Of a DNA stretch of 64,000 bases, positions 10,266 through 19,853 are shown one piece after another. The number at the start of each line of letters is the position of its first letter. Position 1 is the stretch's first letter. Position numbers and translations under genes: made by a program. The stretch comes from Escherichia phage myPSH1131, in the sequence record MG983840.1, one strand, 5' to 3'. Under the pieces are notes generated by a model, which saw nothing but the letters and a program-made list of their open reading frames with translations, did not search any database and was not told where the DNA came from.

Positions 10266-13223
10266 ATGGCTCTTTACCCAATAAAATCTTTGGGTGCGGT
10301 TGGTGTTATTGCCGACCAATCTCCTACAGATCTGGCTCCTAATGCATTTACTAATGCAATTAATGCTCGGTTTGTAGAACAGCGTGTGTTTAAGACGGGG
10401 GGCTCTGCCCCTCTTTCTTACGTTGAAAGTGATAAAGAAATAAGACCATTATCATTCACTTCAATGCCTTTTGACTACTTCAGTGCTAACAATAGTTTCT
10501 TACTGGTAGGTACAGATAAGAGTATTTTTAGATTAAATAATGAATCTATGGTTGATGTTAGTCGAAGAGTGGCTACAGTCACCAAAAAAGCAGTATCTTA
10601 TGTCAAGATAAACCCCGTACTAACAGAGATCGTCCCTAAAGAAACATCTGTTATTATGAATCTTAATGAAAGCAAGGTTCTCGAGGTATCTCTTCTTCCA
10701 GAAGGTGTTGTTACTCCATCCCTTGTGTGGGAGGTTAGTAATCCCTCCTATGGTTCAATATTAGTTGACCCTGATGATAGTAAGAAAGCTACATTGAGTG
10801 TCTTATCTAATGAGGGTAGCTTTACTGTCACTGTCTCTAATGAAGATGAATCTGTAACTACCAGTATCTCCGTAAAGGTTGTTGATTCTGATTCTGGTAT
10901 CTTCCTTAACCGGGACTCTGTTCAACTTCGTAAAGGTGGAACAACCACACTTACAGCAACAACCAGCAAGACCCCACTAACGTGGACTTCTTCTAACCCG
11001 TCCATTATATCTGTGGCGCCTAATGGTGACACTACTACAGCAATATTAACCGCTCAAGGAGTAGGTAATGCACTGATAACAGTAAGCAATGGGTCTAAAA
11101 CCTCGGAATGCTCTGTTAGTGTTATCAATCAGATTGACAGTATATCTTTAAGTCAAACAGATTTACAAATTAACCGTGGGACGTCATATGTCTTATACTC
11201 TAGTTTAATTCCATCAAATGCTGCAAATCAGAGAATAACTTGGACTTCCTCTAACCCAAATATCGCCACTGTTTCGGGAACAGGTCTTCAAGGAACTGTC
11301 TCTGGGTTAACTGCTGGGTTTACAGTTATAACAGCAACTACGGAAGAAGGTGAAAGGACCGCCACCTGTAACGTCAGGGTTGAGTTATCAAGTAGGGCCC
11401 TTTTTTCTGCTGCATCAGCTCCTTCTGAAGAACCTAGTTCTACGGATTCAGATATTGACACCTCATCTATGTCAGAGGGCAATGCTTTTTATGACTATTC
11501 TATGGTTGATGGTGTTGAAGCCTATTCTATAAATGAAGTCATGTCTAGGTCAACTCAGCTTGAATCCTTAACTCTTGACATTGTGGATACTGAAATTGAT
11601 GTTGGAGATGAGTTAGTAATAACTGCAACGGCATTCCCTGAAGGGGAGTACCTTTATAATTGGGTGGTAGATCAGCCGGGGTATATATCCTCTACTTCCA
11701 CTACCGACTCTTCCTTTACCTTAACTGCTATTAAGACTGGCAAAGTGAAGATAACCTGCACTGCTAGTCAAGTAGCTCGTAGAGACTATGAAGCATTTGA
11801 GGAGTATCCTTGGTATAATACGATTATCTCTAACTGCGCAGTATTCACTACTCACTACGAAACCCCTCAAGTAAAAGAGTTTGCCTCTGAGTATTTCACA
11901 GATCTTCCGGGGTGGGGTGAGCAGACAATAGTAGATGCTAATGGGAACCCTTCTGTTGTAAAATATAACTGGAAGTGCGAAAGGATTCGTGCATTTAATA
12001 ATCGTCTATTTGCTCTTAATATGCGAGAGTCTAATGCATCAGGAGTTACTACTCACTACCCTCTTCGACTTCGCTGGTCTAACTATGCTAATGAGAATAA
12101 GGCACCTACTTTATGGGATGATTTTGCTTATGATAGATATGTGACTTCAGATTTAGCAGCAAATGTTGTAGGTCAAACTGAGGCTCTAGAAAATGGATAT
12201 GCCGGATACATAGATTTAGCTGACTCAAACGGTAGCTTAGTCGAAATTCTTCCTCTTAAGGATTATCTATTTATCTATACGGAGTTTGAGACTTACATTG
12301 GATCCCCAACTAACAACACATATCAACCTCTAATGTTCAAGAAGCTCTTCAACGACTCTGGAATCTTAGCACCTGAGTGTGTAGTTGAAGTTGAGAGCGG
12401 ACATTTCGTGGTCACTCAGAATGATGTTATTCTACACAATGGTGCAACCAAGAAGTCTATTGCATCTAACAGGGTCAAGAATATGCTTATCAACGAAGTG
12501 TGTTTAGTAAACCCTTTGGCTACTAAAGTTCATCTTCACCAAGACAAGAAGGAAGTGTGGATTCTTTATGTAGGACCCGGAGAACCTGCTGGGAGCTTTG
12601 CTTGTACGAAAGCCGCTGTATGGAACTATGAGTTTGATACGTGGTCTTTCCGTACAATCCCATTCTCTCATTGTATTGGTTTAGTCGATCCTCCTACTTT
12701 AGAGAAAGGTCCTACTTGGGTTGATTTCCAAGAGTACACTTGGGATGACCCTTCAATCAGTGAACTTGTGTGGAGAAAGGATTCTACTAACTTCCGTCAG
12801 AGAGTTACTGTAGTAGGTTCTTGGATGAAAGGTTTTTACCAAGTGGACATAGGTCCTTATGACTACTCTTATGATAGGCTGAATGATATTGTTGTCAAAA
12901 AGCCCCTAGAGATGAGACTGGAAAGAACTGGTATAGATTTTGACAACGTAACTAATGAATGGAATCAAAAGCACATAAACCGATTCCGTCCACAAGTAAC
13001 CGGGTCAGGTACGTACATATTCCAAGCTGGTGGTAGTCAGTATTCGGATCAAGAGGATAGGCATATTCATAGTGAAAAGTCTTATACAATTGGTGTGGAC
13101 AGACATGTAGGTGTCCGACTGAACCATCCGTATCTATTCTATAATGTTATAGATAATGATGTTAACAGTAATGCAGCAATCAATGGTCTAACTATTGAGT
13201 TTGCTGTTGGCGGGCGAAGATAA
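10266..13223 (+). CDS. large tail protein with repeated Ig-like (Big_2) domains
   Basis: 985 aa with several Big_2-type segments, e.g. TWTSSNPSIISVAPNGDTTTAILTAQGVGNALITV and ITWTSSNPNIATVSGTG. Confidence 0.5.
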   Translation: MALYPIKSLGAVGVIADQSPTDLAPNAFTNAINARFVEQRVFKTGGSAPLSYVESDKEIRPLSFTSMPFDYFSANNSFLLVGTDKSIFRLNNESMVDVSRRVATVTKKAVSYVKINPVLTEIVPKETSVIMNLNESKVLEVSLLPEGVVTPSLVWEVSNPSYGSILVDPDDSKKATLSVLSNEGSFTVTVSNEDESVTTSISVKVVDSDSGIFLNRDSVQLRKGGTTTLTATTSKTPLTWTSSNPSIISVAPNGDTTTAILTAQGVGNALITVSNGSKTSECSVSVINQIDSISLSQTDLQINRGTSYVLYSSLIPSNAANQRITWTSSNPNIATVSGTGLQGTVSGLTAGFTVITATTEEGERTATCNVRVELSSRALFSAASAPSEEPSSTDSDIDTSSMSEGNAFYDYSMVDGVEAYSINEVMSRSTQLESLTLDIVDTEIDVGDELVITATAFPEGEYLYNWVVDQPGYISSTSTTDSSFTLTAIKTGKVKITCTASQVARRDYEAFEEYPWYNTIISNCAVFTTHYETPQVKEFASEYFTDLPGWGEQTIVDANGNPSVVKYNWKCERIRAFNNRLFALNMRESNASGVTTHYPLRLRWSNYANENKAPTLWDDFAYDRYVTSDLAANVVGQTEALENGYAGYIDLADSNGSLVEILPLKDYLFIYTEFETYIGSPTNNTYQPLMFKKLFNDSGILAPECVVEVESGHFVVTQNDVILHNGATKKSIASNRVKNMLINEVCLVNPLATKVHLHQDKKEVWILYVGPGEPAGSFACTKAAVWNYEFDTWSFRTIPFSHCIGLVDPPTLEKGPTWVDFQEYTWDDPSISELVWRKDSTNFRQRVTVVGSWMKGFYQVDIGPYDYSYDRLNDIVVKKPLEMRLERTGIDFDNVTNEWNQKHINRFRPQVTGSGTYIFQAGGSQYSDQEDRHIHSEKSYTIGVDRHVGVRLNHPYLFYNVIDNDVNSNAAINGLTIEFAVGGRR

Positions 13224-13227
13224 TACT

Positions 13228-13256
13228 AAGGGAGCTTCGTGCTCCCTTTTCTTGTT
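13228..13256 (+). terminator. rho-independent terminator
   Basis: Stem GGGAGC / GCTCCC with TTCGT loop, then TTTT. Confidence 0.6.
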
Positions 13257-13273
13257 TATTATAAGGAGGGTCT

Positions 13274-14242
13274 ATGGGTGCTGGTGGCTTTCGTAAGAAT
13301 ACCGGAAGAAACAACACAACACAACCTTATAGTGTGGGCTTTCTAAACACCTCTGAGAGTGTAGAAACCAATAACGTTGCAATATATGATGAACTCCAGA
13401 ACATTAGCACTGCAACCAATCAAATGTTCCAAGCTATAGATGAAATCCACGAGGAGATTGATGTTCGTATTAAAGCTCTTCATGCTATGAATTTGCAATT
13501 CGATGAATTAGAGAACCGTGTTACAACAGAGATTGAGACTGCCATTGCAGATATCATAACACAAATGGGTAATCTATCCACTGATGATATTTGGGATAAC
13601 TCTGTTCAGCCTCCTGTTAAGTTAGATTCAACTATGTCTGGTATTAAGACTTCTATAGAAGGCAATACAGCATCTATTCAAACTGTCGAAGGCATTGTCA
13701 ATGATCAAGGACAAGAGATTGCCCTTATTCAGTCTGATTTAACTAACGGGACAGGTAGTGCTTCTCAATATATGAAACTCACTGAATATGAAGCTACTTG
13801 GGGAGTAAATTCCACAGTAAATGGAAAGACAGCAGGAGTAAAACTGACAAATAATGGTTCTGTAAGCCAATTCCAAGTCACAGCTGATAAGTTTGTGGTA
13901 TCTGATGGCACATCAGGAAGTACTCCCTTCAAGGTTGAGAATGGAAGGGCTGTTATGGAGTTTGCTGATATTACTAATGTCAATATTACAACAGCTCAAA
14001 TAGCAACAGCTAGGATTGAATGGGCACAGATTGATAATGTTAGTATAACAAATGCACAAATCACAAGTCTCTCCGCTGATAAGATAACGGCTGGGTCTAT
14101 GTCAGGGACTAATTGGCGTCTTACAGTTGGCGGTGACTTTGTTTTAGGTGGAACAGGTGGTGCACAATTATGGATGAATGGAAACAGAATAGATTTCTAC
14201 GACGGAAGTGGTGCTCTAAGAATTAGAATAGGGAGTTGGTAA
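13274..14242 (+). CDS. tail fiber / structural protein
   Basis: 322 aa ORF with SD AAGGAGGG; repeat-rich C-terminal half. Confidence 0.35.
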   Translation: MGAGGFRKNTGRNNTTQPYSVGFLNTSESVETNNVAIYDELQNISTATNQMFQAIDEIHEEIDVRIKALHAMNLQFDELENRVTTEIETAIADIITQMGNLSTDDIWDNSVQPPVKLDSTMSGIKTSIEGNTASIQTVEGIVNDQGQEIALIQSDLTNGTGSASQYMKLTEYEATWGVNSTVNGKTAGVKLTNNGSVSQFQVTADKFVVSDGTSGSTPFKVENGRAVMEFADITNVNITTAQIATARIEWAQIDNVSITNAQITSLSADKITAGSMSGTNWRLTVGGDFVLGGTGGAQLWMNGNRIDFYDGSGALRIRIGSW

Positions 14243-14243
14243 T

Positions 14244-15275
14244 ATGGCATATGGAATATGGACACAACCAGTAGGGCCGGGGCCAGCAACCCCCGCTCCC
14301 TTGTTTATTGATAGCGGAAGTACTTTCCCTCAGTTCAAGAATAGTATAAGAGGGAGCTTTAACTTTAATGGAGCTGGGAGATCTTTCCCTATTAGTGGAT
14401 GGGATGGCAGTGGTCAGATAGTTATTGTTCCTACCGGTTCTTTATGCTGGCAATGGGAAGTCCCTCCTAACCTAGTTCCTGATGTTTATTGTGTGAATAA
14501 TATCTATGTAGAAAACAACTCCTCTTTTAGAGTTACTCTGAATCAGAACCCCGGTAGTAATCCACTATTCGATTGTGGGTTCAACGTATATCAAATATGG
14601 CCTAGAGCGGATAGGAATTATGGAATTACCTTTTCTAATACAGCAGACTACTTCTCAATATCTGACAGTGGGGTCGTCGGTCAATGTATTTGGGCTTGGC
14701 AGGGGACCATAAACAATGCCCTTCAGATACCAAATATCGGTGGGTTCAATATGACCAATGCTGTTGTGTTTGCTAATTGGTCTGATGGAGGGGTAGGACT
14801 ATCTTATACCTCTGATGACAGGGTTATTCGCGTCTATCAGAACAGACCCTATGTCAACGGAAACACTAATGAAGGAGGGTCTGTCTTTGCGAGGGTTGCC
14901 GTATTCTGTAACGGAGCTGGTGTTCCTGAGCATAATGGAGGTTTGAATATTTACTCTCCGGGTACCACACAATGTGTCTTCTCTACTAACAGAACACCTT
15001 TCACTGTGGATACTTTTATAGGATCAGGAGGTGGTAACACGGGAATGTCATACCCCATGATACCTCTTACCTCTGGGATAGGTGCAATAAAAGGCCGAGG
15101 CAGTGGATGGAGATATCAGCAAATGAGATCTCACACAATGAGTGGTTCTACGATAGGAACTGGCTATGGAAGGTATTTGTTTCAGTGGGATCAAAATTAC
15201 GACCTAGGAGCTGATACTGTAGTTAATTTATCAGTCCCTGTAATAAATGCAGCTAAGGTTTTTGCTGGACTATAA
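14244..15275 (+). CDS. structural protein
   Basis: 343 aa ORF, Gly/Asn-rich, tightly packed in the structural block. Confidence 0.3.
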   Translation: MAYGIWTQPVGPGPATPAPLFIDSGSTFPQFKNSIRGSFNFNGAGRSFPISGWDGSGQIVIVPTGSLCWQWEVPPNLVPDVYCVNNIYVENNSSFRVTLNQNPGSNPLFDCGFNVYQIWPRADRNYGITFSNTADYFSISDSGVVGQCIWAWQGTINNALQIPNIGGFNMTNAVVFANWSDGGVGLSYTSDDRVIRVYQNRPYVNGNTNEGGSVFARVAVFCNGAGVPEHNGGLNIYSPGTTQCVFSTNRTPFTVDTFIGSGGGNTGMSYPMIPLTSGIGAIKGRGSGWRYQQMRSHTMSGSTIGTGYGRYLFQWDQNYDLGADTVVNLSVPVINAAKVFAGL

Positions 15276-15287
15276 CAAGGAGATATT

Positions 15288-16070
15288 ATGGCAATTAAAA
15301 TGGGTATTGAAGAACTAGACCCAATGGTTCAACAGGCTTCAAAGAAGTATGGGATTCCTGCTGCTTTGATTCATGCTGTAATCCAAAGAGAGTCTAGTGG
15401 TCGTCCTACAGTAGCTTCTGGAACTGGTCCTGTAGGTTTAATGCAAATCAGTAAAGGGTTGGCTAAAGACTACGGATATAAATTGGAAGATAGATTGGAC
15501 CCAGCAAAGAATATTGATATGGGTGCTCGGTATATCAGAGACAACCTAAAAGCTTTTAACGGTGACGTCAAGAAAGCAATGGTTGGTTATTCAGAAGGTA
15601 TCGGCGGAGCTAAGCAAATGTTCGCTGGTAAAAGAGGGTTTACTCCACAGGCTCTTGATTCAATGAACAATAAACACTTTCTTCCTTTCTATGGTGATGC
15701 AGCTTCTCAGATTGCTAACCCTATTGGAGCTTTGCAAGCTGTTCAACCAGTTAACCAGTTTAGTCCGGATACTCTTGATAGAGAGAAGGCTGCTCAAGCT
15801 CCGACTCAGGCAGAAATTGCTGCTTCTAAGACTGGTGCTTTAGGCGGCAATCCAGTAGAGTTTTACTCTGATGAAGCACAGGAAGGAGAAGATCAGAAGC
15901 CTCAACAGAACTTTGGTAATGCAGTATTAGGAGTAGCTGCTATGCTTGCTGGTAAACCTCCTACTTCTCAAACAGTTCAGAGGGCAAGTGCACCACATGC
16001 AGCAGGTTCTCAGTACAGTCCACAAACACAAGCAGTGCTCAGACGTTTGGCTAGCATTGGTGTGAAGTAA
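15288..16070 (+). CDS. virion-associated lytic transglycosylase (SLT domain)
   Basis: SLT signature ESSGRPTVASGTGPVGLMQI. Confidence 0.6.
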   Translation: MAIKMGIEELDPMVQQASKKYGIPAALIHAVIQRESSGRPTVASGTGPVGLMQISKGLAKDYGYKLEDRLDPAKNIDMGARYIRDNLKAFNGDVKKAMVGYSEGIGGAKQMFAGKRGFTPQALDSMNNKHFLPFYGDAASQIANPIGALQAVQPVNQFSPDTLDREKAAQAPTQAEIAASKTGALGGNPVEFYSDEAQEGEDQKPQQNFGNAVLGVAAMLAGKPPTSQTVQRASAPHAAGSQYSPQTQAVLRRLASIGVK

Positions 16071-16089
16071 TAATCGTTAAGGAGGACTT

Positions 16090-17142
16090 ATGTCTTTATT
16101 TGGAAAATCAGCTTCTAGCAAAACCACAGTGGCTCCTTCCTCTCAGGTTGATGCCCTGCTGAAGCAGATTGTTGCTAATGCTCAGAATATGCAGAACAAC
16201 GATCAGGGTTTTATTTCCCAACAGCTGGCTGGGTTCAATGGCAACCAACAAGGTGCTCTGAATAACTTAGCAGCTTCCACAACTCAAAAACAATTGGCTA
16301 ATATGTACACACCTCGTACACAGCAAGGATTGGACCAACTAAATGCTCTTGCCCAACAGTATCAGAATATTGTTAATAGTGGTGGAGTGACGGCTGAAGG
16401 GGTTAATAACTTTAGTAAAGGTTTGAATAACTCAGCTCTTGCACAAGCTACTAGCAAAGCAGCTTCTAATGTCTCTCTTGGTAATGGCTCTGACTCTGGC
16501 TCTCTCCGTAGGGCTGCGGCTCAAGGGGCTGCTTTGAATGGTGCTAACACTAACCTGTCTCGTACTATCAGTGGCAAGAATATGGGGATCAGTGCTCTTC
16601 AACAAGACCAAAACTTCCAGAGAGGCTTACTTGGTGCTCAGTCAGGGTTAGCTGGACAGAATCTCAATCTTGGTGCTCAAGGTGTTCAGGCAACTCAACA
16701 GGCTATTCAGAATCAGCTCATGGCTGGTAATTTACAACAGCAGCAAGCTCAGGCTCAAGCTGATATCAATTGGCAGAACGCTATTGGCTCTCAGCAGTAT
16801 GGATGGAATCAGCTTAACAACCAGCTTAATGTACTAAACAGTGTAAGTCCAATGGCTGGATACACAATTAAGAATGCTGCTCCGGGAGTTAATGTTGGAC
16901 AGCAGCTCCTAGGTGCTGGTATCACTGGATTAGGTATTGCAGGTCGTATGGGTGCTTTCTCTCCTAATCAACAGACTCAGAATGCTTGGAGTTCCTATAA
17001 CAACTCAGGTGGGCAATCTGGAATGGCTGGTCCTATGATTGGGGGTTCTAATCTTTCTCAACAGAGAGGTCAGTCTAACTGGTTATCCACAGCAGGTAGT
17101 AATATCTTAGGTGGTGTCTTAGGGGCATTTGGAGCAAACTAA
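16090..17142 (+). CDS. internal virion protein A (Q/N/G-rich)
   Basis: 350 aa, begins MSLFG; SD AAGGAGGA. A paralogous second copy is at 23310..24263. Confidence 0.4.
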   Translation: MSLFGKSASSKTTVAPSSQVDALLKQIVANAQNMQNNDQGFISQQLAGFNGNQQGALNNLAASTTQKQLANMYTPRTQQGLDQLNALAQQYQNIVNSGGVTAEGVNNFSKGLNNSALAQATSKAASNVSLGNGSDSGSLRRAAAQGAALNGANTNLSRTISGKNMGISALQQDQNFQRGLLGAQSGLAGQNLNLGAQGVQATQQAIQNQLMAGNLQQQQAQAQADINWQNAIGSQQYGWNQLNNQLNVLNSVSPMAGYTIKNAAPGVNVGQQLLGAGITGLGIAGRMGAFSPNQQTQNAWSSYNNSGGQSGMAGPMIGGSNLSQQRGQSNWLSTAGSNILGGVLGAFGAN

Positions 17143-17154
17143 AGGAGAATATCT

Positions 17155-18123
17155 ATGTCACTTTTTGGTGGAGGCGGAAGTAAAACTACTTCCCAAATGA
17201 TTCGTCCTGAATACATTCAACAGTATATTGACCAGCTTAATAAGCAGATTGGTAATACCAGTTCAGGGGATTATGTTTATCGAGATAATGTAGGGTTTAA
17301 TAATAACCAGACAGAGGCACTTAACAACTTAGCACAATCTGGTGCTCTAGGAACTCTCTCACAGCAGTATATGGATGCAGCAGGTCAAGGGTTAGGGTAT
17401 CTAGATAATGCCTATAAAGGCTATCAGAGCCTCTCTGGACAAGGTGGGATTACTGGAGAACAGATTGGTGCTCTCGCTGGTCAATTATATGATGATGACG
17501 CTGTGCAAGCAGCCATTACAGCTAATAATGAACAAGTTCAACAGAATCTAGCACGTAATGCTCTTCCTCAGTTAGCTCAGCAGTATGCTGGTCAGCAAGG
17601 TTCAGGTGCTCGTATGGCTAAATCTTTTGCCCAAGGTGATGCTCTGAATCAGATGCAAGGGCAAGCAACAGATATTACCAACAGTGCCTATAACTCGGCT
17701 ATTAGTCAAGCTGAAAGCATTCTCTCTGGTAATAGACAGAATCAGGCAGCTGCTCTCTCTGGTCTTTCTACTATTGGTTCTAACCTTTCTAACCTAGGTC
17801 AGCAGGGTGCTAATTTGTCTCAACAGCAAATGATGAATCAATGGAATGCAGGATTGCAGCAACAACAGCAACAACAGAATGAATATGATAATGCCTACCA
17901 GAATGCTCAGAACGCAGCTAATTGGGGATGGCAAGATATCAACAACCAACTCGGTGCAGCAGGTGTACTTAACGGTGCTCTCGGACAAACTACAACCACT
18001 AAAACCTCTGGTGGCAAAGGTGGTTTCCTTGGTGGAGCTATGAGTGGTTCAGCAGCAGGCTCTTCCTTTGGGCCTTGGGGTGCATTAGCTGGGGGTCTAA
18101 TCGGTGGGTTGGCTAGTACTTAA
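17155..18123 (+). CDS. internal virion protein B (Q/N/G-rich, paralog of A)
   Basis: 322 aa, begins MSLFGGGG; a second copy is at 24667..25635. Confidence 0.4.
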   Translation: MSLFGGGGSKTTSQMIRPEYIQQYIDQLNKQIGNTSSGDYVYRDNVGFNNNQTEALNNLAQSGALGTLSQQYMDAAGQGLGYLDNAYKGYQSLSGQGGITGEQIGALAGQLYDDDAVQAAITANNEQVQQNLARNALPQLAQQYAGQQGSGARMAKSFAQGDALNQMQGQATDITNSAYNSAISQAESILSGNRQNQAAALSGLSTIGSNLSNLGQQGANLSQQQMMNQWNAGLQQQQQQQNEYDNAYQNAQNAANWGWQDINNQLGAAGVLNGALGQTTTTKTSGGKGGFLGGAMSGSAAGSSFGPWGALAGGLIGGLAST

Positions 18124-18136
18124 TTAGGAGATAAAT

Positions 18137-19786
18137 ATGCAACAGACAACTTACGCTCAGGTCAGAAGTCGTGACCCGAGAAATACTTTCTATGGTGTTA
18201 ATCCGGGAGCGGCTTCGGCCTCTCCTTATATGGCTAGACCCGTTCAGACAGCAGATATTTCTATGTATCAACGACCTGCTGTACCTGCTGGGTTATCTGC
18301 TCTTGTAGGTCAAACTTCAGTTGATTATCAGAATATGTTGAATCCTGTTCAGAGTAATGGTCTTCCTTCTGACATTCCGAATGATGTACAACCTCAATCA
18401 CAACAGGCTGTAACTCTTCCTGAGTTTGAGAACCAAGAAACCATGCAAGCTGCTGGACTTTCTCCTTCTGCTATTCCTCAAGAATCAGAACCTCTTCCGG
18501 TAACACCTCCTACTAAACCGCTAGAAGCTGGTCCTATGGAGTTTACTCCTTCTCAGGTAGAACAGGCACAAGGTGTGATTAACACTCTTGCTCAAGGACA
18601 AGACACTGGTGATGGAATGGCTGCTGCTACTCGTGCTAAAGATCAAGAGCGTGTTAACAACGATATCTTGCAAGTTGCGAAAGCTAAAGACCCTTCAGAA
18701 GCTTGGAACAAACTACAGAAAGAACCATTCTATCAGAACTCTAGTTTCTATACAGGTTTGATGGGTGTAGGTCTTTCCATTATGTCAGGTAAGTCTCCTA
18801 TTGAAGCTTTCCAGATTGGTCAGGGAATGGCTAATCAGGATGAGACTAAGAAGCAACTGGAAGCTAACCGTGATGCCTTGATTGAACAAGGCTTCTCTCA
18901 AGACTCGATCGCAGCTGCTATTGCTAACGGAGACCCGTCTCTACTGAAGATGAGAGCTGTAGACCCTGCTCAGAAAGAAGCGCTGTATGCTGCTCGTGAA
19001 GAACGACAAAATGCTGAATGGGATAGACGTCAACAGATTCAAGAGCAAACTATGCGTGAGCGTGCTGATGAAACTCGTCGTGCCGCTGAAGAAAGAGCTA
19101 ACATGAACTTTGAACGTCAGAAAGAGTTGATTGGTTATCGTGATAAGGTTAAGGCTGAACGTGCTGAACAAGCTGCTCAGAGTTTTAACTTTAACCCGAA
19201 AGAAGTTCGTCTTGCTCAGAATACAGCTGAAGGTACGGTTGCTAAGCAGTGGGCAGAGAAAGGTGGCCTGTTTAACCAGTCTAACAAAGACTTGGATTTG
19301 GCTGATAAAGCTGTTAAGGATAAAGACTATCAGACAGCTCGTTCTGCTTACATGCAGGCTATCATGAACTCTGCAAGGGCTGAAATCGGTGCTACTCGTT
19401 CTCTTACCGAAGAAGACTTAGGGCACTTTGCAGAAGACCCATCAATCTTCGTTCGTGTTGGCAACAAGTTTGCACTGAAATCTGGATGGCGTCCTACTGA
19501 TTCTGCTCTTGCTTATGCTCGTAAGCAAGCTAACGTTGGTCACACCTCTGCAATGAAAGGTGTTGCTGATGCTAAGAGAGCTACGATTGAAGCTTACATC
19601 GGTTCTGGTATGGATAAGAAGAGAGCTACTGCATTGGTTAACCGTGCAATCCCTTCTGGTGGTTTCTATGACCCTCTAGGTGTTTTCTCTGAACAAGCAG
19701 AAGAAGCAGTTGGTGGTGCAGTAACCAATCCTAAGCTTAATGGTGCTTTATCAGCTGTCGAAGACACTAGCTGGTTCACTCAATAA
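18137..19786 (+). CDS. internal virion protein C
   Basis: 549 aa; a truncated second copy is at 25649..26482. Confidence 0.4.
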   Translation: MQQTTYAQVRSRDPRNTFYGVNPGAASASPYMARPVQTADISMYQRPAVPAGLSALVGQTSVDYQNMLNPVQSNGLPSDIPNDVQPQSQQAVTLPEFENQETMQAAGLSPSAIPQESEPLPVTPPTKPLEAGPMEFTPSQVEQAQGVINTLAQGQDTGDGMAAATRAKDQERVNNDILQVAKAKDPSEAWNKLQKEPFYQNSSFYTGLMGVGLSIMSGKSPIEAFQIGQGMANQDETKKQLEANRDALIEQGFSQDSIAAAIANGDPSLLKMRAVDPAQKEALYAAREERQNAEWDRRQQIQEQTMRERADETRRAAEERANMNFERQKELIGYRDKVKAERAEQAAQSFNFNPKEVRLAQNTAEGTVAKQWAEKGGLFNQSNKDLDLADKAVKDKDYQTARSAYMQAIMNSARAEIGATRSLTEEDLGHFAEDPSIFVRVGNKFALKSGWRPTDSALAYARKQANVGHTSAMKGVADAKRATIEAYIGSGMDKKRATALVNRAIPSGGFYDPLGVFSEQAEEAVGGAVTNPKLNGALSAVEDTSWFTQ

Positions 19787-19806
19787 GACCTAAGTCCTGC
19801 CTTCTA

Positions 19807-19815
19807 TAATGTATA
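19807..19815 (+). promoter_or_regulatory. TAATGTATA promoter motif
   Basis: Exact motif, 39 nt upstream of the ATG at 19854. Confidence 0.5.
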
Positions 19816-19853
19816 TAGGGGGTAGGACATTTTTATTTATAAAAGGAGACGTT

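Noticed and set aside
19809-19853. Track start codon at 19809 for the large virion protein
   Set aside because: That start overlaps the TAATGTATA promoter and lacks an SD; the ATG at 19854 has AAAGGAGA upstream.
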